Shown piece after piece: positions 9,544-19,237 of a stretch of 64,000 nt of DNA. The notes under the pieces are model-generated. The model was not told the DNA's origin and ran no database searches. It saw only the letters and a list, made by a program, of their open reading frames with translations. Both the position numbers and the translations under genes were made by a program. Each line of letters starts with the position of its first letter. Positions within the stretch are counted from its first letter, which is position 1. Source of the DNA: an uncultured Poribacteria bacterium (GTDB lineage: Bacteria; Poribacteria; WGA-4E; WGA-3G); contig CATQHZ020000001.1 of the NCBI GenBank assembly GCA_958296135.2, positions 4,832,001-4,896,000 on the forward strand, written 5' to 3'.

Positions 9544-11262
9544 TCAATTCTCCGGTTCTGAAATCGTCAAGATTTTATTCACCCCCACCCGTTCCAATTC
9601 CTGCGTGAGCCCGCTCGGCCAGGTAATAGCAATCTTCTCCACGCGCTCATGTTCTCCTACCCCAAACAGCAATCGCACATCACTTCCCGATGCATAACTT
9701 GAACCGCTCTTCACCACCGCCACTTGTGTAATAGGCCGCCCAGTAGACGCGCTTTGCAAGCGCGCCGCTGTGACGCGCACCTTCGCGCCGATGCCATTGC
9801 GGTTACTCCGCGTCCCGACCAGCTTAATGCCGAGCCAATTGTGCCGATTGCCTGCTTCATTGCGGAGCAGCACGGGCCGCTGGTTAGAATTCATAATGAC
9901 AATATCCACATCGCCATCGTTATCGTAGTCAGCGGATGCCGCCGCGCGGCCGACGCGTGCTGCTAAAAAATAAGGACCGGCGTTCTCCGACACCTCTCTA
10001 TAGGTGCCATCGCCGTTGTTTCGGAAGACCTGGTCGCGTTGCGCATACGTCTCGTGGTCCTGCAGGATTTCAATGACATCTTGGGGGTGCCCATTCGCAC
10101 AGAAAATATCAAGATGCCCATCGTTATCGTAATCTAAAAAAAGGGGACTGAACCCGACAAACGGCAGTGTCGGCTGTTGCAATCCGCTCGCCACAGTCGC
10201 ATCTGTGAAGATGCCCTCCTCATTCTTATACAGCGTCGCCTTCTCTGAATTCGCGACGATGAAGTCCAGCCATCCATCCCTATTATAGTCGCCGCAATCT
10301 ACACCCATCGAACCCTCCGCGACACCGTTCTCATCATATCCACTGCCGATGAAGAGGCTTTCGTCGGTGAACGTGCCATCGCCGTTGTTTCGGTATAAGA
10401 AATTGCGGTTGGTATCGTTCGTGACGTAAATATCGGGGAACCCATCGTTATCATAATCGCACGCGAGGGCGGCCATGCCGCGTCCTTCATCGGGGTTTGT
10501 CACGCCCGCTTCCTCCGCAACATTAGTGAACGTGCCATCGCCGTTGTTTCGGTAAAGTACATCCGCCGTGCCCCTGTAGCGCCGCGGGTGTCCATAACCG
10601 ATGATGCCTTTGTAGGTTTCAACCGGCATGGATAAATCATAGATGAGATAATTGACGACGAAAATGTCCAGATTGCCATCCAGATTGAAATCGAGATAAA
10701 CCGCCGCGATGCCCCAACTTTGGTTATCAATGCCAGCGGCTTCGGTGATGTCCGTGAACGTGCCATCGCCGTTGTTTCGGTAGAGGATATCCGGTCCGAA
10801 GTTTGCGACATAAAGGTCTGCATCGCCATCGTTATCAATATCGCCTGCGGCAGCAGCCATGCCGTAGCCAGTGTCACCGGTGCCAGAGATTTCGGTGACA
10901 TCGGTGAAGCGTCCATTTCCTTCGTTACGATAGAGGACATTTCCGGGGCTGCTGGGAGGCGCGCTTTGTAAGCGCGCATGCTGCTTATCCTCTGGAATAG
11001 AGCCGCTGTTGACAAAATAGAGTTCTGCGTCGCCATCGTTATCATAATCAAAAAAGACGGCACCAGAGCCCATCGTCTCGATGATGTGCTTGTGTTCGGT
11101 TTTGCCGTTAGTGTGTTTGAAATAGATGCCAGCTTCTTCAGTGACATCAACGAAGATGGGAATGGGTGCGGCAGGAACGCGCTTGCAAAACGCGCCCACC
11201 GAGGTGAGCAGGATGAAAATAATTATCTGCAGGAACAACTGCAGGTTACGATGCTTTCGCAT
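9544..11262 (-). CDS. CRTAC1/ASPIC-UnbV family protein with FG-GAP repeats
   Basis: Repeated DYDNDG and LYRNNGDGTFTD; GIGAKV...SGSSYAS...LFG C-terminal domain. Confidence 0.92.
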   Translation of the reverse strand: MRKHRNLQLFLQIIIFILLTSVGAFCKRVPAAPIPIFVDVTEEAGIYFKHTNGKTEHKHIIETMGSGAVFFDYDNDGDAELYFVNSGSIPEDKQHARLQSAPPSSPGNVLYRNEGNGRFTDVTEISGTGDTGYGMAAAAGDIDNDGDADLYVANFGPDILYRNNGDGTFTDITEAAGIDNQSWGIAAVYLDFNLDGNLDIFVVNYLIYDLSMPVETYKGIIGYGHPRRYRGTADVLYRNNGDGTFTNVAEEAGVTNPDEGRGMAALACDYDNDGFPDIYVTNDTNRNFLYRNNGDGTFTDESLFIGSGYDENGVAEGSMGVDCGDYNRDGWLDFIVANSEKATLYKNEEGIFTDATVASGLQQPTLPFVGFSPLFLDYDNDGHLDIFCANGHPQDVIEILQDHETYAQRDQVFRNNGDGTYREVSENAGPYFLAARVGRAAASADYDNDGDVDIVIMNSNQRPVLLRNEAGNRHNWLGIKLVGTRSNRNGIGAKVRVTAARLQSASTGRPITQVAVVKSGSSYASGSDVRLLFGVGEHERVEKIAITWPSGLTQELERVGVNKILTISEPEN

Positions 11263-11469
11263 ATTGTGGAAGCGTCCTCCGAGCGTGATACGGATTCGGT
11301 AAATTTGTCAGGATTCTTATACGTGTTGGGTCCCTCTAGGTATTCTACTCTGAAGAGAAAATCTGTCAAGCAAAATCGAGAATTATTGAGTGGGTCTGGT
11401 ATCGCATCGGATAACCTGAGTCTCGTGGCACAATGCCTCTCCGGGCAGTAAAATCTCTGCACTTTTGGC

Positions 11470-11498
11470 TTGACAACAAGGTAGAAAAATGGTATCCT
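11470..11498 (+). promoter_or_regulatory. Sigma70-like promoter of the S8 protease operon
   Basis: TTGACA-17-TATCCT with a TG extension. Confidence 0.55.
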
Positions 11499-11578
11499 CT
11501 ATTCAGCCTTGGCGCGTATCCGTTCACAGTTTCTGTTGTTCGTGAAGCGGCATCGGCAAAATTGACTCAAAGGAGGAT

Positions 11579-13309
11579 TTGATGACATCTGGAAAAATCG
11601 CGCCTGCCCTGATGGTTGCCCTTAAGGACTACCAAGATGAGGGAGTGGACGGTTTGAACCGCCATCTCCGGACGTTGGGCATTCGCTACCATGTTGGGAG
11701 TCCGAAGCCGCCGCGTGCACCGGTTTTTATTGACTGCAATGAGGAAGCAAGGTTTGCCCATTTGGACAAATATAGCATTCAGGTCAACCAGCAAGTAGGG
11801 CAGATCCGGACAGCATTTTTGCCACTGGAACGTTTAGGCCGCCTTTCAGCTGAACCTGCCGTTGAGCGTATCCTGCCCTCTCGCTATCTGCATCCGATGA
11901 TGGATGTGGCATCAGCCACAGTGAATCTTCCGCAATTCCGCCAAAAGACTGGGCTGACAGGGAAAAGTGTCATTATTGGCGTGGTGGACACCGGTATTGA
12001 TACGAACCATCCAGCGTTTCGCGGCAGGATTTTGCGATTGTGGGATCAGACACTCCCGGGCCCCGGCATGCCAAACGCGCCTTATGGCATGGAATTGACA
12101 GGCAAATTTCTCGCTGTCTCTCGCGACACCGAGGGGCATGGCACTCATGTTGCAGGCATCGCAGCAGGCAGCCATGCGACATTCGGGGGGATTGCCCCAG
12201 CAGCAGCATTGGTTATCGTGAAATCCGACTTGCAGGAAGCACACGTCGCCGATGGCATCCGCTATATCTTCCAAGTCGCCCAGACGCTTGGAAGACCGGC
12301 TGTTGTGAATCTGAGCCTTGGCGGACATGGCGATGCACATGACGGCAGCGACCCTTTGTCACGAATTATTGATGCAGCATCTGGCAGCGGCAGGATTGTC
12401 TGTTGCGCCGCCGGCAACGAGGGCGATGACAATATTCACGCCCAAGCACAACTACCTCCAGATGGAAGTCCGCACACCATGCGCTTCAAGATACCTGTTA
12501 CCCATCTTCGCTCCGCTCAACTCAATGGATGGTATTCAGGACAAGACCGGCTAGAAGTGGCCGTCCAATCACCCGGCGGATTTCGGACACCCTATCAACG
12601 TGTTATAACAGCCGGGCAGCCTTCACACGCCTACGAATTGCCCGATGCACGTATCTGGATTTCCACACCGGGCCCCGATAAAGCAAACGGCTCCCATCAC
12701 TTCCTCATCACGATTTGTCCGGCTCAGGATGTAGGGGGAATATGGAAACTGTGGTTACGCGGCACCGTCATACAGAAGGGGCAAGTGGACGTGTGGGCAC
12801 TAGATGAGCGTCCACACGCAGACATGATTTTCACAGGACAGAGCGTTTCTGACAACTTGAAAATTGGTTCCCCAGGGGCAGCAGCACAGGCCATCACCGT
12901 AGCATCCTACACGACGAAAGCAGAATGGTGGGATATAGATGGGACACCGAGACAGGTAGCCTACAAACTTCACGACATTTCTGGCTTTAGCAGCGAAGGG
13001 CCGCTGCGTAACGGAGTACCCAAGCCAGAACTAGCCGCGCCCGGGGCGATGCTCACGAGTTGTCAGGCTGCTGATGCTCCTACCGCGCGCGCTCACCGGA
13101 TACAGACAGACTACAACACGTCTGCCGGGACAAGTATGGCAACACCGTTTGTCAGCGGTATCGTGGCACTGCTGTTAGAAAGAGAGCCAACACTTAATCC
13201 AGAACGTATCAAAGAACTTTTACGCGCAAACTGTTCGATCCCAGGACAACCGCCGGGCACTTTCACACCAAAATGGGGCTTCGGGGTGATTGACGTACTG
13301 AATCTCTAA
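11579..13309 (+). CDS. S8 subtilisin-like serine protease, no signal peptide
   Basis: Triad DTG, HGTHVAG, GTSMATP; AAGN oxyanion motif; large insertion in the catalytic domain as in Csp-like subtilases. Confidence 0.93.
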   Translation: MMTSGKIAPALMVALKDYQDEGVDGLNRHLRTLGIRYHVGSPKPPRAPVFIDCNEEARFAHLDKYSIQVNQQVGQIRTAFLPLERLGRLSAEPAVERILPSRYLHPMMDVASATVNLPQFRQKTGLTGKSVIIGVVDTGIDTNHPAFRGRILRLWDQTLPGPGMPNAPYGMELTGKFLAVSRDTEGHGTHVAGIAAGSHATFGGIAPAAALVIVKSDLQEAHVADGIRYIFQVAQTLGRPAVVNLSLGGHGDAHDGSDPLSRIIDAASGSGRIVCCAAGNEGDDNIHAQAQLPPDGSPHTMRFKIPVTHLRSAQLNGWYSGQDRLEVAVQSPGGFRTPYQRVITAGQPSHAYELPDARIWISTPGPDKANGSHHFLITICPAQDVGGIWKLWLRGTVIQKGQVDVWALDERPHADMIFTGQSVSDNLKIGSPGAAAQAITVASYTTKAEWWDIDGTPRQVAYKLHDISGFSSEGPLRNGVPKPELAAPGAMLTSCQAADAPTARAHRIQTDYNTSAGTSMATPFVSGIVALLLEREPTLNPERIKELLRANCSIPGQPPGTFTPKWGFGVIDVLNL

Positions 13310-13337
13310 AACCTTCACCGAAAAAGGAGAATTCCTC

Positions 13338-13604
13338 ATGAACATCCAGAAACTTGACGCGCTCCTCGCAGTCGCACTTACCGAAGTGTCTGACGCGGAT
13401 AAACGGGCCTTTCCCGTTTTTATCAACACGCTGCATGCACCCAAACCAGAGGAAGCAACTATCCTTAAAGCGTTGGGGGTACCCGGAGTCACCGCAGAGC
13501 GGCAGATATTTACCGCCACTCTCTCCGCGCACGCTGTTGCCGATTTGTCGGAACTGCCCTGGATCCAGTCGCTTAAACTTTCCAGAAAGCTGCACCTGTT
13601 GTAG
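13338..13604 (+). CDS. Stand-alone prodomain-like protein (putative protease inhibitor)
   Basis: AAGGAG RBS; aligns by eye to the N-terminal prodomain of the upstream S8 protease. Confidence 0.75.
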   Translation: MNIQKLDALLAVALTEVSDADKRAFPVFINTLHAPKPEEATILKALGVPGVTAERQIFTATLSAHAVADLSELPWIQSLKLSRKLHLL

Positions 13605-13631
13605 GACTTCACAATTGGACCCGGGAAACGC

Positions 13632-14918
13632 CTACTGCTCCCTTTTTTCCGCAGCTTTCACCAACCGAAACCCGACAAACGAAGTCTTCAAGCGCGGATA
13701 CAGATAAAACCGAAACGTCGTGCTACACCGAGGCAGCGCGTCTATCCACGAACCGCCGCGGATGACGCGCCAACTACCGACATCCGGCCCCAGCGGGTTC
13801 CGCCTCGCACTCCGAAAATAGTAGACATCGCTATACCAATCCGATGTCCACTCCCAGACGTTGCCTGCCATATCCAGCACGCCGTAATAACTCTTCCCTT
13901 TCGGAAAACTGCCGACTGGCGCGAGTTGGTTCTCATACCCATCATCAGCGGCACTCGTATTGGCATAAGGTTCCATCGCATTGCCCCAGGGCCAGGTTCT
14001 ATCGGTGTAACCGCGCGCCGCCTTCTCCCACTCCGCTTCTGTCGGAAGGCGCATCCCTTGCCATGCCGCATACGCCTTCGCATCGTGCCACGAAACACCG
14101 ACGACAGGATGATTTGGAAACTGCTTGGCACGTTCGGGCCAGGTACCGATATGCGGCAGATGCGCGAAGTTTTCCGGCGTATGTGGACGCATCGCCACCG
14201 GAAGAGCGTGCCTACTCGCCCAAAATTCGTAATACTCGGCGTTCGTCACCTCATATTTGCTGATATAATAGGCATCAAGGTAGATCTTATGCACCGGTTT
14301 TTCATCGGCGGCGCGTCTCTCGCTGCCCATCGTAAAGGTGCCGGCAGGAATTAAGATGAGGTTTTCCTCTGCTCCTACATCGTCTCTCGCGTCACTCAAA
14401 CCATCGCGAGGGACAGGCCCTCGCGCTACGGGCGTACTGTCAAAAGCCTCAGCAGAGGCAGCATCGCGGGGGACAGGCCCCCGCGCTACGGCGGCAACGG
14501 TATTGCGAGGAACAGGCCCTCGCGCTACGGGCGTACTGTCAAAAGCCTCAGCAGAGGCAGCATCGCGGGGGACAGGCCCCCGCGCTACGGGGGCCACGGT
14601 ATTGCGAGGAACAGGCCCTCGCGCCACGGGCGTACTGCCAAAAACCTCAGCCGAGGCAGCATCGCGGGGGACAGGCCCCCGCGCTACGGCGGCAACGGTA
14701 CTGCGGGGGACAGGCCCTCGCGCCACGGGCGTACTGCCAAAAGCCTCAGCCGAGGCAGCATCGCGGGGGACAGGCCCCCGCGCTACGGCGGCAACGGTAT
14801 CGCGAGAAACCGGCCCCCGCGCCACGGTGGTGAGGAAGCATAAGGTGATACCCAAAACGAATAGGATGACGAAAAGCCGCTTACTTTTCCTGTGCAGCCA
14901 TCTTTTTATAGTGTTCAT
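13632..14918 (-). CDS. FGE-sulfatase (SUMF1) domain protein with REP-derived VARGPVPR repeats
   Basis: FTMGS, EVTN, RLPTEAEWEKAARG, DMAGNVWEW, RGGSW and GFR motifs. Confidence 0.92.
   Translation of the reverse strand: MNTIKRWLHRKSKRLFVILFVLGITLCFLTTVARGPVSRDTVAAVARGPVPRDAASAEAFGSTPVARGPVPRSTVAAVARGPVPRDAASAEVFGSTPVARGPVPRNTVAPVARGPVPRDAASAEAFDSTPVARGPVPRNTVAAVARGPVPRDAASAEAFDSTPVARGPVPRDGLSDARDDVGAEENLILIPAGTFTMGSERRAADEKPVHKIYLDAYYISKYEVTNAEYYEFWASRHALPVAMRPHTPENFAHLPHIGTWPERAKQFPNHPVVGVSWHDAKAYAAWQGMRLPTEAEWEKAARGYTDRTWPWGNAMEPYANTSAADDGYENQLAPVGSFPKGKSYYGVLDMAGNVWEWTSDWYSDVYYFRSARRNPLGPDVGSWRVIRGGSWIDALPRCSTTFRFYLYPRLKTSFVGFRLVKAAEKREQ
14401..14830 (-). repeat. Intragenic array of 9 REP palindromes in about four 99-bp units
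   Basis: GTAG-CGCGAGGG-CCTGT-CCCTCGCG on the minus strand encodes VARGPVPR. Confidence 0.9.
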
Positions 14919-16104
14919 AAGCGCGATAATGCTCCTGCGCGAGGCCGTGCCTGCCGAGACTCTCGTATAACTTCGCGAGGTTCAGGTGAAAATAGGGCTG
15001 CGCGCCGTTGAGTTCAATCGCCTTCCGATAGGCACTGATTGCCTGCTGCGCATCCCCCTGCATCGCATAAGCACTGCCGAGGGTATTATAGAGCACCGCC
15101 AAGCGAGAACGGGAGGACTCGTTGGCAGGGCCAAGCAATTGGATTGCCTTCCGAGCCGCTTCCGCTGCAGGTTTCGGATAGCCGAGGTTCACGAACGCTT
15201 GGCTGAGCCCGTGATAAAAATTCGCCTCGTTCGGCGCAAGTTCAATGCATTTTTGCAACACCCGCACCGCTTCCGCATAGTTCTTTTGATAGATAAGCAA
15301 ACTCGCCAAACCAGCCCATCCCTCCAGATTCTTCGGCTCAGCGCGAGTGAGCCGAGAGAGGCGTTCATACTCAGCGTATTCCTTTTGGAGCTGCTGATAG
15401 ACGCGCATTTCTTCCCGGCCTTTCTCCCGGTTGCCCATGCGGAGATACGCCGTGCCGAGCCCATAGTGCGGCTCTGCATAACGCGCCGGACCGAATTGCA
15501 GTGCCTGCTTGAAGTTCTCTATCGCCGCCGGGTACGCCTTCAAATTGAGATAGGCCGTGCCGAGCTCCTGATAGGTGCCAGCCGCGTTCGGTTTCAGCGC
15601 GAGAGCCTGCGTTAAGGTATCGACTGCCGCCGCATAGTGCCGAAGTTTCACCTGTGCCTTGCCGAGCACCTCATACCCGCGCGCGTGCTGCGGCGACAGC
15701 GCGACAACCCGCTGCAACGGTGCCACTGCCGCCTCCCATTCGTCCATCCTAAAATGCGCAACGCCGAGGGAATAGAGGGCCTCAATGTTATCCGGCACCA
15801 ACGCCAACGAACGTTGATAGGCATCGACAGCCTTTTTCCAGAACTGTTCTTGTGCATAAGCCATGCCGAGATAGTGGTGAATTTCGTAGTGTGCCGGTTC
15901 ACTGGCGAGTGCGGCTTCAAACGCAGCAATTGCCCCTTGATTATCTCCCTGAAAGAGGCGGACAAATCCGTGTTCAACGTGCTGCACGTAAGTGCTGTGC
16001 GCGTCTGCACCGTGTCCCTCAAGCGGCCAGCATAGGCAAAGCACTGTTATTGCCAGTAGGACAGCCCTCCCTGTCGCGACTCCTGCTTTCAACCATTTTT
16101 GCAT
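14881..16104 (-). CDS. Exported tetratricopeptide repeat protein
   Basis: Many TPR units (LG..Y...A...Y..AL...P); N-terminal signal. Confidence 0.9.
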   Translation of the reverse strand: MQKWLKAGVATGRAVLLAITVLCLCWPLEGHGADAHSTYVQHVEHGFVRLFQGDNQGAIAAFEAALASEPAHYEIHHYLGMAYAQEQFWKKAVDAYQRSLALVPDNIEALYSLGVAHFRMDEWEAAVAPLQRVVALSPQHARGYEVLGKAQVKLRHYAAAVDTLTQALALKPNAAGTYQELGTAYLNLKAYPAAIENFKQALQFGPARYAEPHYGLGTAYLRMGNREKGREEMRVYQQLQKEYAEYERLSRLTRAEPKNLEGWAGLASLLIYQKNYAEAVRVLQKCIELAPNEANFYHGLSQAFVNLGYPKPAAEAARKAIQLLGPANESSRSRLAVLYNTLGSAYAMQGDAQQAISAYRKAIELNGAQPYFHLNLAKLYESLGRHGLAQEHYRAYEHYKKMAAQEK

Positions 16105-16310
16105 TGGATTCTCCTAAGGGGTTGGAGATTTGGTTAAATGTTAACCGTTATGAGAAAAAAAGTCAAGGAAATAACGTCCTTCGGCCCACATGTGCGGAAA
16201 ACCTGAAATGGATAGACAACAACTGAACGCCAAAGAGATTCGCTGTCACCGATTTAACGCCCGAATTCATCTATTATTGTGGAAACTTCGCAATTAAGAG
16301 CGGCAGTCTT

Positions 16311-16571
16311 CTAAGCAGACACAAGTTCAAACGTGACGATAGGACTGCTCAGCGCATTGCCCGCATCGCTGAGGCTCGCCGTCAGCGTTAACGTCTCACC
16401 CGCCGTGGGAAGCCACGTCGCAGAAAGCCCACTCAGCGTCAGCGTGACGGTATGCGTGTGCACCACATTGCCCGTGTCGTGTGCATCGCTGACAGCAGCC
16501 AGAACCAAGGACACGGCGAACAGCAAACCCAACACCCTCACTCCTGAAACACGCGCTCTTGAAACCTTCAT
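16311..16571 (-). pseudogene. N-terminal fragment of a secreted beta-rich protein
   Basis: Signal peptide followed by a short beta-rich stretch; similar layout to 20091-20537 (WLP/WHP ... TFEL/TFTL). Confidence 0.5.
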
Positions 16572-16583
16572 CCGTTCTCCTCC

Positions 16584-17681
16584 TTAGTCCCCGGCGGCAC
16601 CAACGGGGTGAATCAATGGCGCACCCGCTTGAATCGCTATGATATTGTTCCGCATCATGCCCATGAAATCTATGCTTGTCATGTTCTGATACACTTCCAG
16701 GGCCTTGTCGTATTGCCCCAGGTATTCGTAGCATTCCGCTAACAGGAAGTTATATTTCGGAATGCGGGCATCGAGCCGTATCGCCTTCTGGATGTAGCCG
16801 AGCGCCTCGTGCGGATGGGTTTGCCGCAGCTTCCAGGCAAGGTCGCGGAGGGCAATGGAAGAGTTCGGATCCAGCGCGAGCATCTGGCGTAACGCGGCGA
16901 GGGCTTCTTCCTTTCTGCCGAGCCTATCCAGGACGAGAGACAAGACATGGCGCGCCGCCGGGGACTTCCGATGCTTGCGAACCGCTTTCTCCGCATACTT
17001 CAACGCTAAGCCCTCAGCCATATGGTAACGCAAACAGTACTTTGCGGCCGTGAGCAGGTCAAGCCCCTCAAAGCGAATCTCGTCCCTTTTTCGATCGAGT
17101 CTTTTATATTCTGCCTCGCTCAGCGTCCCTGCCACGCGTTTCTGATCCATTTCCAGCGCAATCGCGTCCATTCGCTTGTTTTGCGACTCGGAGAATGTCA
17201 CGGCATCGGCGACGGTATCGTAGTCCCATAACTCGCCGAGACTCGGCGGATTATGGGGATCGGCAATCGGCGGCACGATGAACCAGGGCTGCCACGCCAG
17301 TTCCGGATGTTCAGCAACTTGGCGTTTGCGGGCTTCCCAGGTGGCCGCCGGGCGAATTGGGGGGTTGCGGAACAGTTCAAGTTGCCGCGCGGCCGGGATA
17401 CGTGTCAATGTCGGCCGTGGGGGGACGCGCACCGGGGGGCTGTCGGCGTGTCCGGCGTGTCCGTCCGCCGGATGCGAGTGTTCACCGGGTGCGAGTGGGT
17501 GCCGTCCGTCATCGTGCGGGTGTCCATCGTCTGTCTGCTGAGCGGCAGTCCTGGGCATCGGCTGTTCCTGTCGCTCGCCGCAGCCCGTGCAGCCGGCAAA
17601 GACAAGCCAGCTGAACGCGAACGCGCTGAGCCAGCAGCCCCAGGGTTGAGAGCGGCGTTGCAGTCTGTCTCTGATGTTCAT
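16584..17681 (-). CDS. TPR lipoprotein (type B cassette)
   Basis: Lipobox VFAG-C followed by TGCG; His/Pro linker; C-terminal TPRs; GAGGAG RBS. Confidence 0.8.
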   Translation of the reverse strand: MNIRDRLQRRSQPWGCWLSAFAFSWLVFAGCTGCGERQEQPMPRTAAQQTDDGHPHDDGRHPLAPGEHSHPADGHAGHADSPPVRVPPRPTLTRIPAARQLELFRNPPIRPAATWEARKRQVAEHPELAWQPWFIVPPIADPHNPPSLGELWDYDTVADAVTFSESQNKRMDAIALEMDQKRVAGTLSEAEYKRLDRKRDEIRFEGLDLLTAAKYCLRYHMAEGLALKYAEKAVRKHRKSPAARHVLSLVLDRLGRKEEALAALRQMLALDPNSSIALRDLAWKLRQTHPHEALGYIQKAIRLDARIPKYNFLLAECYEYLGQYDKALEVYQNMTSIDFMGMMRNNIIAIQAGAPLIHPVGAAGD

Positions 17682-18172
17682 TGTCTTTCTCCTCGGAGCG
17701 GCTCGGGTGGAGCCACAAGTGTGTTGAGTGGCTTCTGCCACAACCTTGCGGGGATGTCACTGGTTTTGGAAACCCGCTGCATCTTATTCAAAGGTATCCC
17801 CTGTTGTGGTGTTTTGTCAACAAGGTTCTGTCGGCACGTTCGCCCGAGTGGCAAAGGGAGACATGAGCGACGGAGAGTGGGCGCGGCGGCGCGGTGCAAT
17901 TGAGGCATCGCCGCGTGCGGTGTCTCCACCGGTGCCGGCGCGGGTGTGTCTGCTGCTGGCGGTGTGTGCTGCGCTGTCGGCTCGCACCCCGCACACAGCC
18001 ACACGCTAAACAGCGCAAGGCCGCAACACAGGTGGGCCAACCCACGCATCAGAAGCCTGCAGAATGGGATATTCACTAAAGCAAGCCTGAACATTTCATG
18101 TGTCGCCGCAGAAAAAGCGGTAGTGCAGCACACGAGGAAAAAGACACCAAAGAAAAACGTCATTTTCATCAT
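17678..18172 (-). pseudogene. Chimeric remnant: foreign signal peptide, type D lipoprotein leader and duplicated upstream element
   Basis: Contains a near copy of the D leader (17964-18067) fused to sequence similar to 21510-21750. Confidence 0.6.
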
Positions 18173-19194
18173 GGAATTTCCCCCGCTTCAATCAGTTCAA
18201 TGAGGTCGCGTCTGTGAGCCGAGCGGTGAATCGTCTGGGCACGCTTCAAGTATTCCAACGCCTTGTCGCCATCACCGAGTTGTAGATATGCACTTCCCAA
18301 GAGGGCAAATGCGGAACCTTGTTTAGCGTGAGGGTCTAATTGGGCAGACTTTTCGAGGTAAGGAATGGCTTCTACAATGTTGGTGCGACTCATTCCTACA
18401 CCTATGAGATTCATTCCCAATTCACGGAGGATGCGCGCAGAATCGGGTTGCATTTCCAGTAGATGGCGAAACCCTGCAATTTTTTCCGGCGTTTCGTCAG
18501 GCTGTAGGATTGTCCAGACATAGAGGGTGTTAAAGTCGTCCGGAGACGCTTCTAGTGCTTGTGCAGCAAATTCCTGGGCGTATGTTATGTCCCAATAGCC
18601 GGTCACGAAGATATACTTCGCCACGGCTAAGGCAGGCAAGTCTTCGGCGAGAATCGCAAGTTCTATGCGAGCGCGCTGCTCCTTCGTCACAGGGGTCTCG
18701 TGATTTTTAAAGTATAATACCCCTTCCTCTGTCCAGAGTAAGTGTTGGAGTTCTTCCAGGCGGCGTGCGGTTTCTCCTGGAAGCACGGGCGACGATTTCC
18801 GGGGAAAATTCTCCAAGAAGGGCGAAGTAGGATGCAGCGTGTATGCCAAGTTCGGTGTCCAGAGCAGCGGATCACCGTGATAATCCACCGGTGGGGGTTC
18901 TCCCGTTTCGGTCATGCCGGTATAGGGGTCGGTGCCCTCCGGAGGTTCCGCCCTGAGTAAGGCGGTGGGTGCCGGTGCCGGGCGTTCCTCCACACCCGGC
19001 GGCTCCGCCGGTGCGGTGGGTGGCGCGGTATGGGGTGTTTCTGCGGTAAGCGGTGTGGGCGGTGTGCGCTGCGCTGTCGGTTCACACCCCGCACACAGCA
19101 CCACGCTAAACAGCGCGAGGCCGCAACACAGGTGGGCCAACCCACGCATCAGAAGCCTGCAGAATGGAACGCCTACTAAAACCTGTCTTAACAT
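18169..19194 (-). CDS. TPR lipoprotein (type D cassette)
   Basis: Lipobox LCAG-C; Pro-rich linker; TPRs; AGGAGG RBS. Confidence 0.8.
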   Translation of the reverse strand: MLRQVLVGVPFCRLLMRGLAHLCCGLALFSVVLCAGCEPTAQRTPPTPLTAETPHTAPPTAPAEPPGVEERPAPAPTALLRAEPPEGTDPYTGMTETGEPPPVDYHGDPLLWTPNLAYTLHPTSPFLENFPRKSSPVLPGETARRLEELQHLLWTEEGVLYFKNHETPVTKEQRARIELAILAEDLPALAVAKYIFVTGYWDITYAQEFAAQALEASPDDFNTLYVWTILQPDETPEKIAGFRHLLEMQPDSARILRELGMNLIGVGMSRTNIVEAIPYLEKSAQLDPHAKQGSAFALLGSAYLQLGDGDKALEYLKRAQTIHRSAHRRDLIELIEAGEIP

Positions 19195-19237
19195 CTTATC
19201 TTCCTCCTTTGCATCGCAGCCGCTACCGCAGCGAAAA

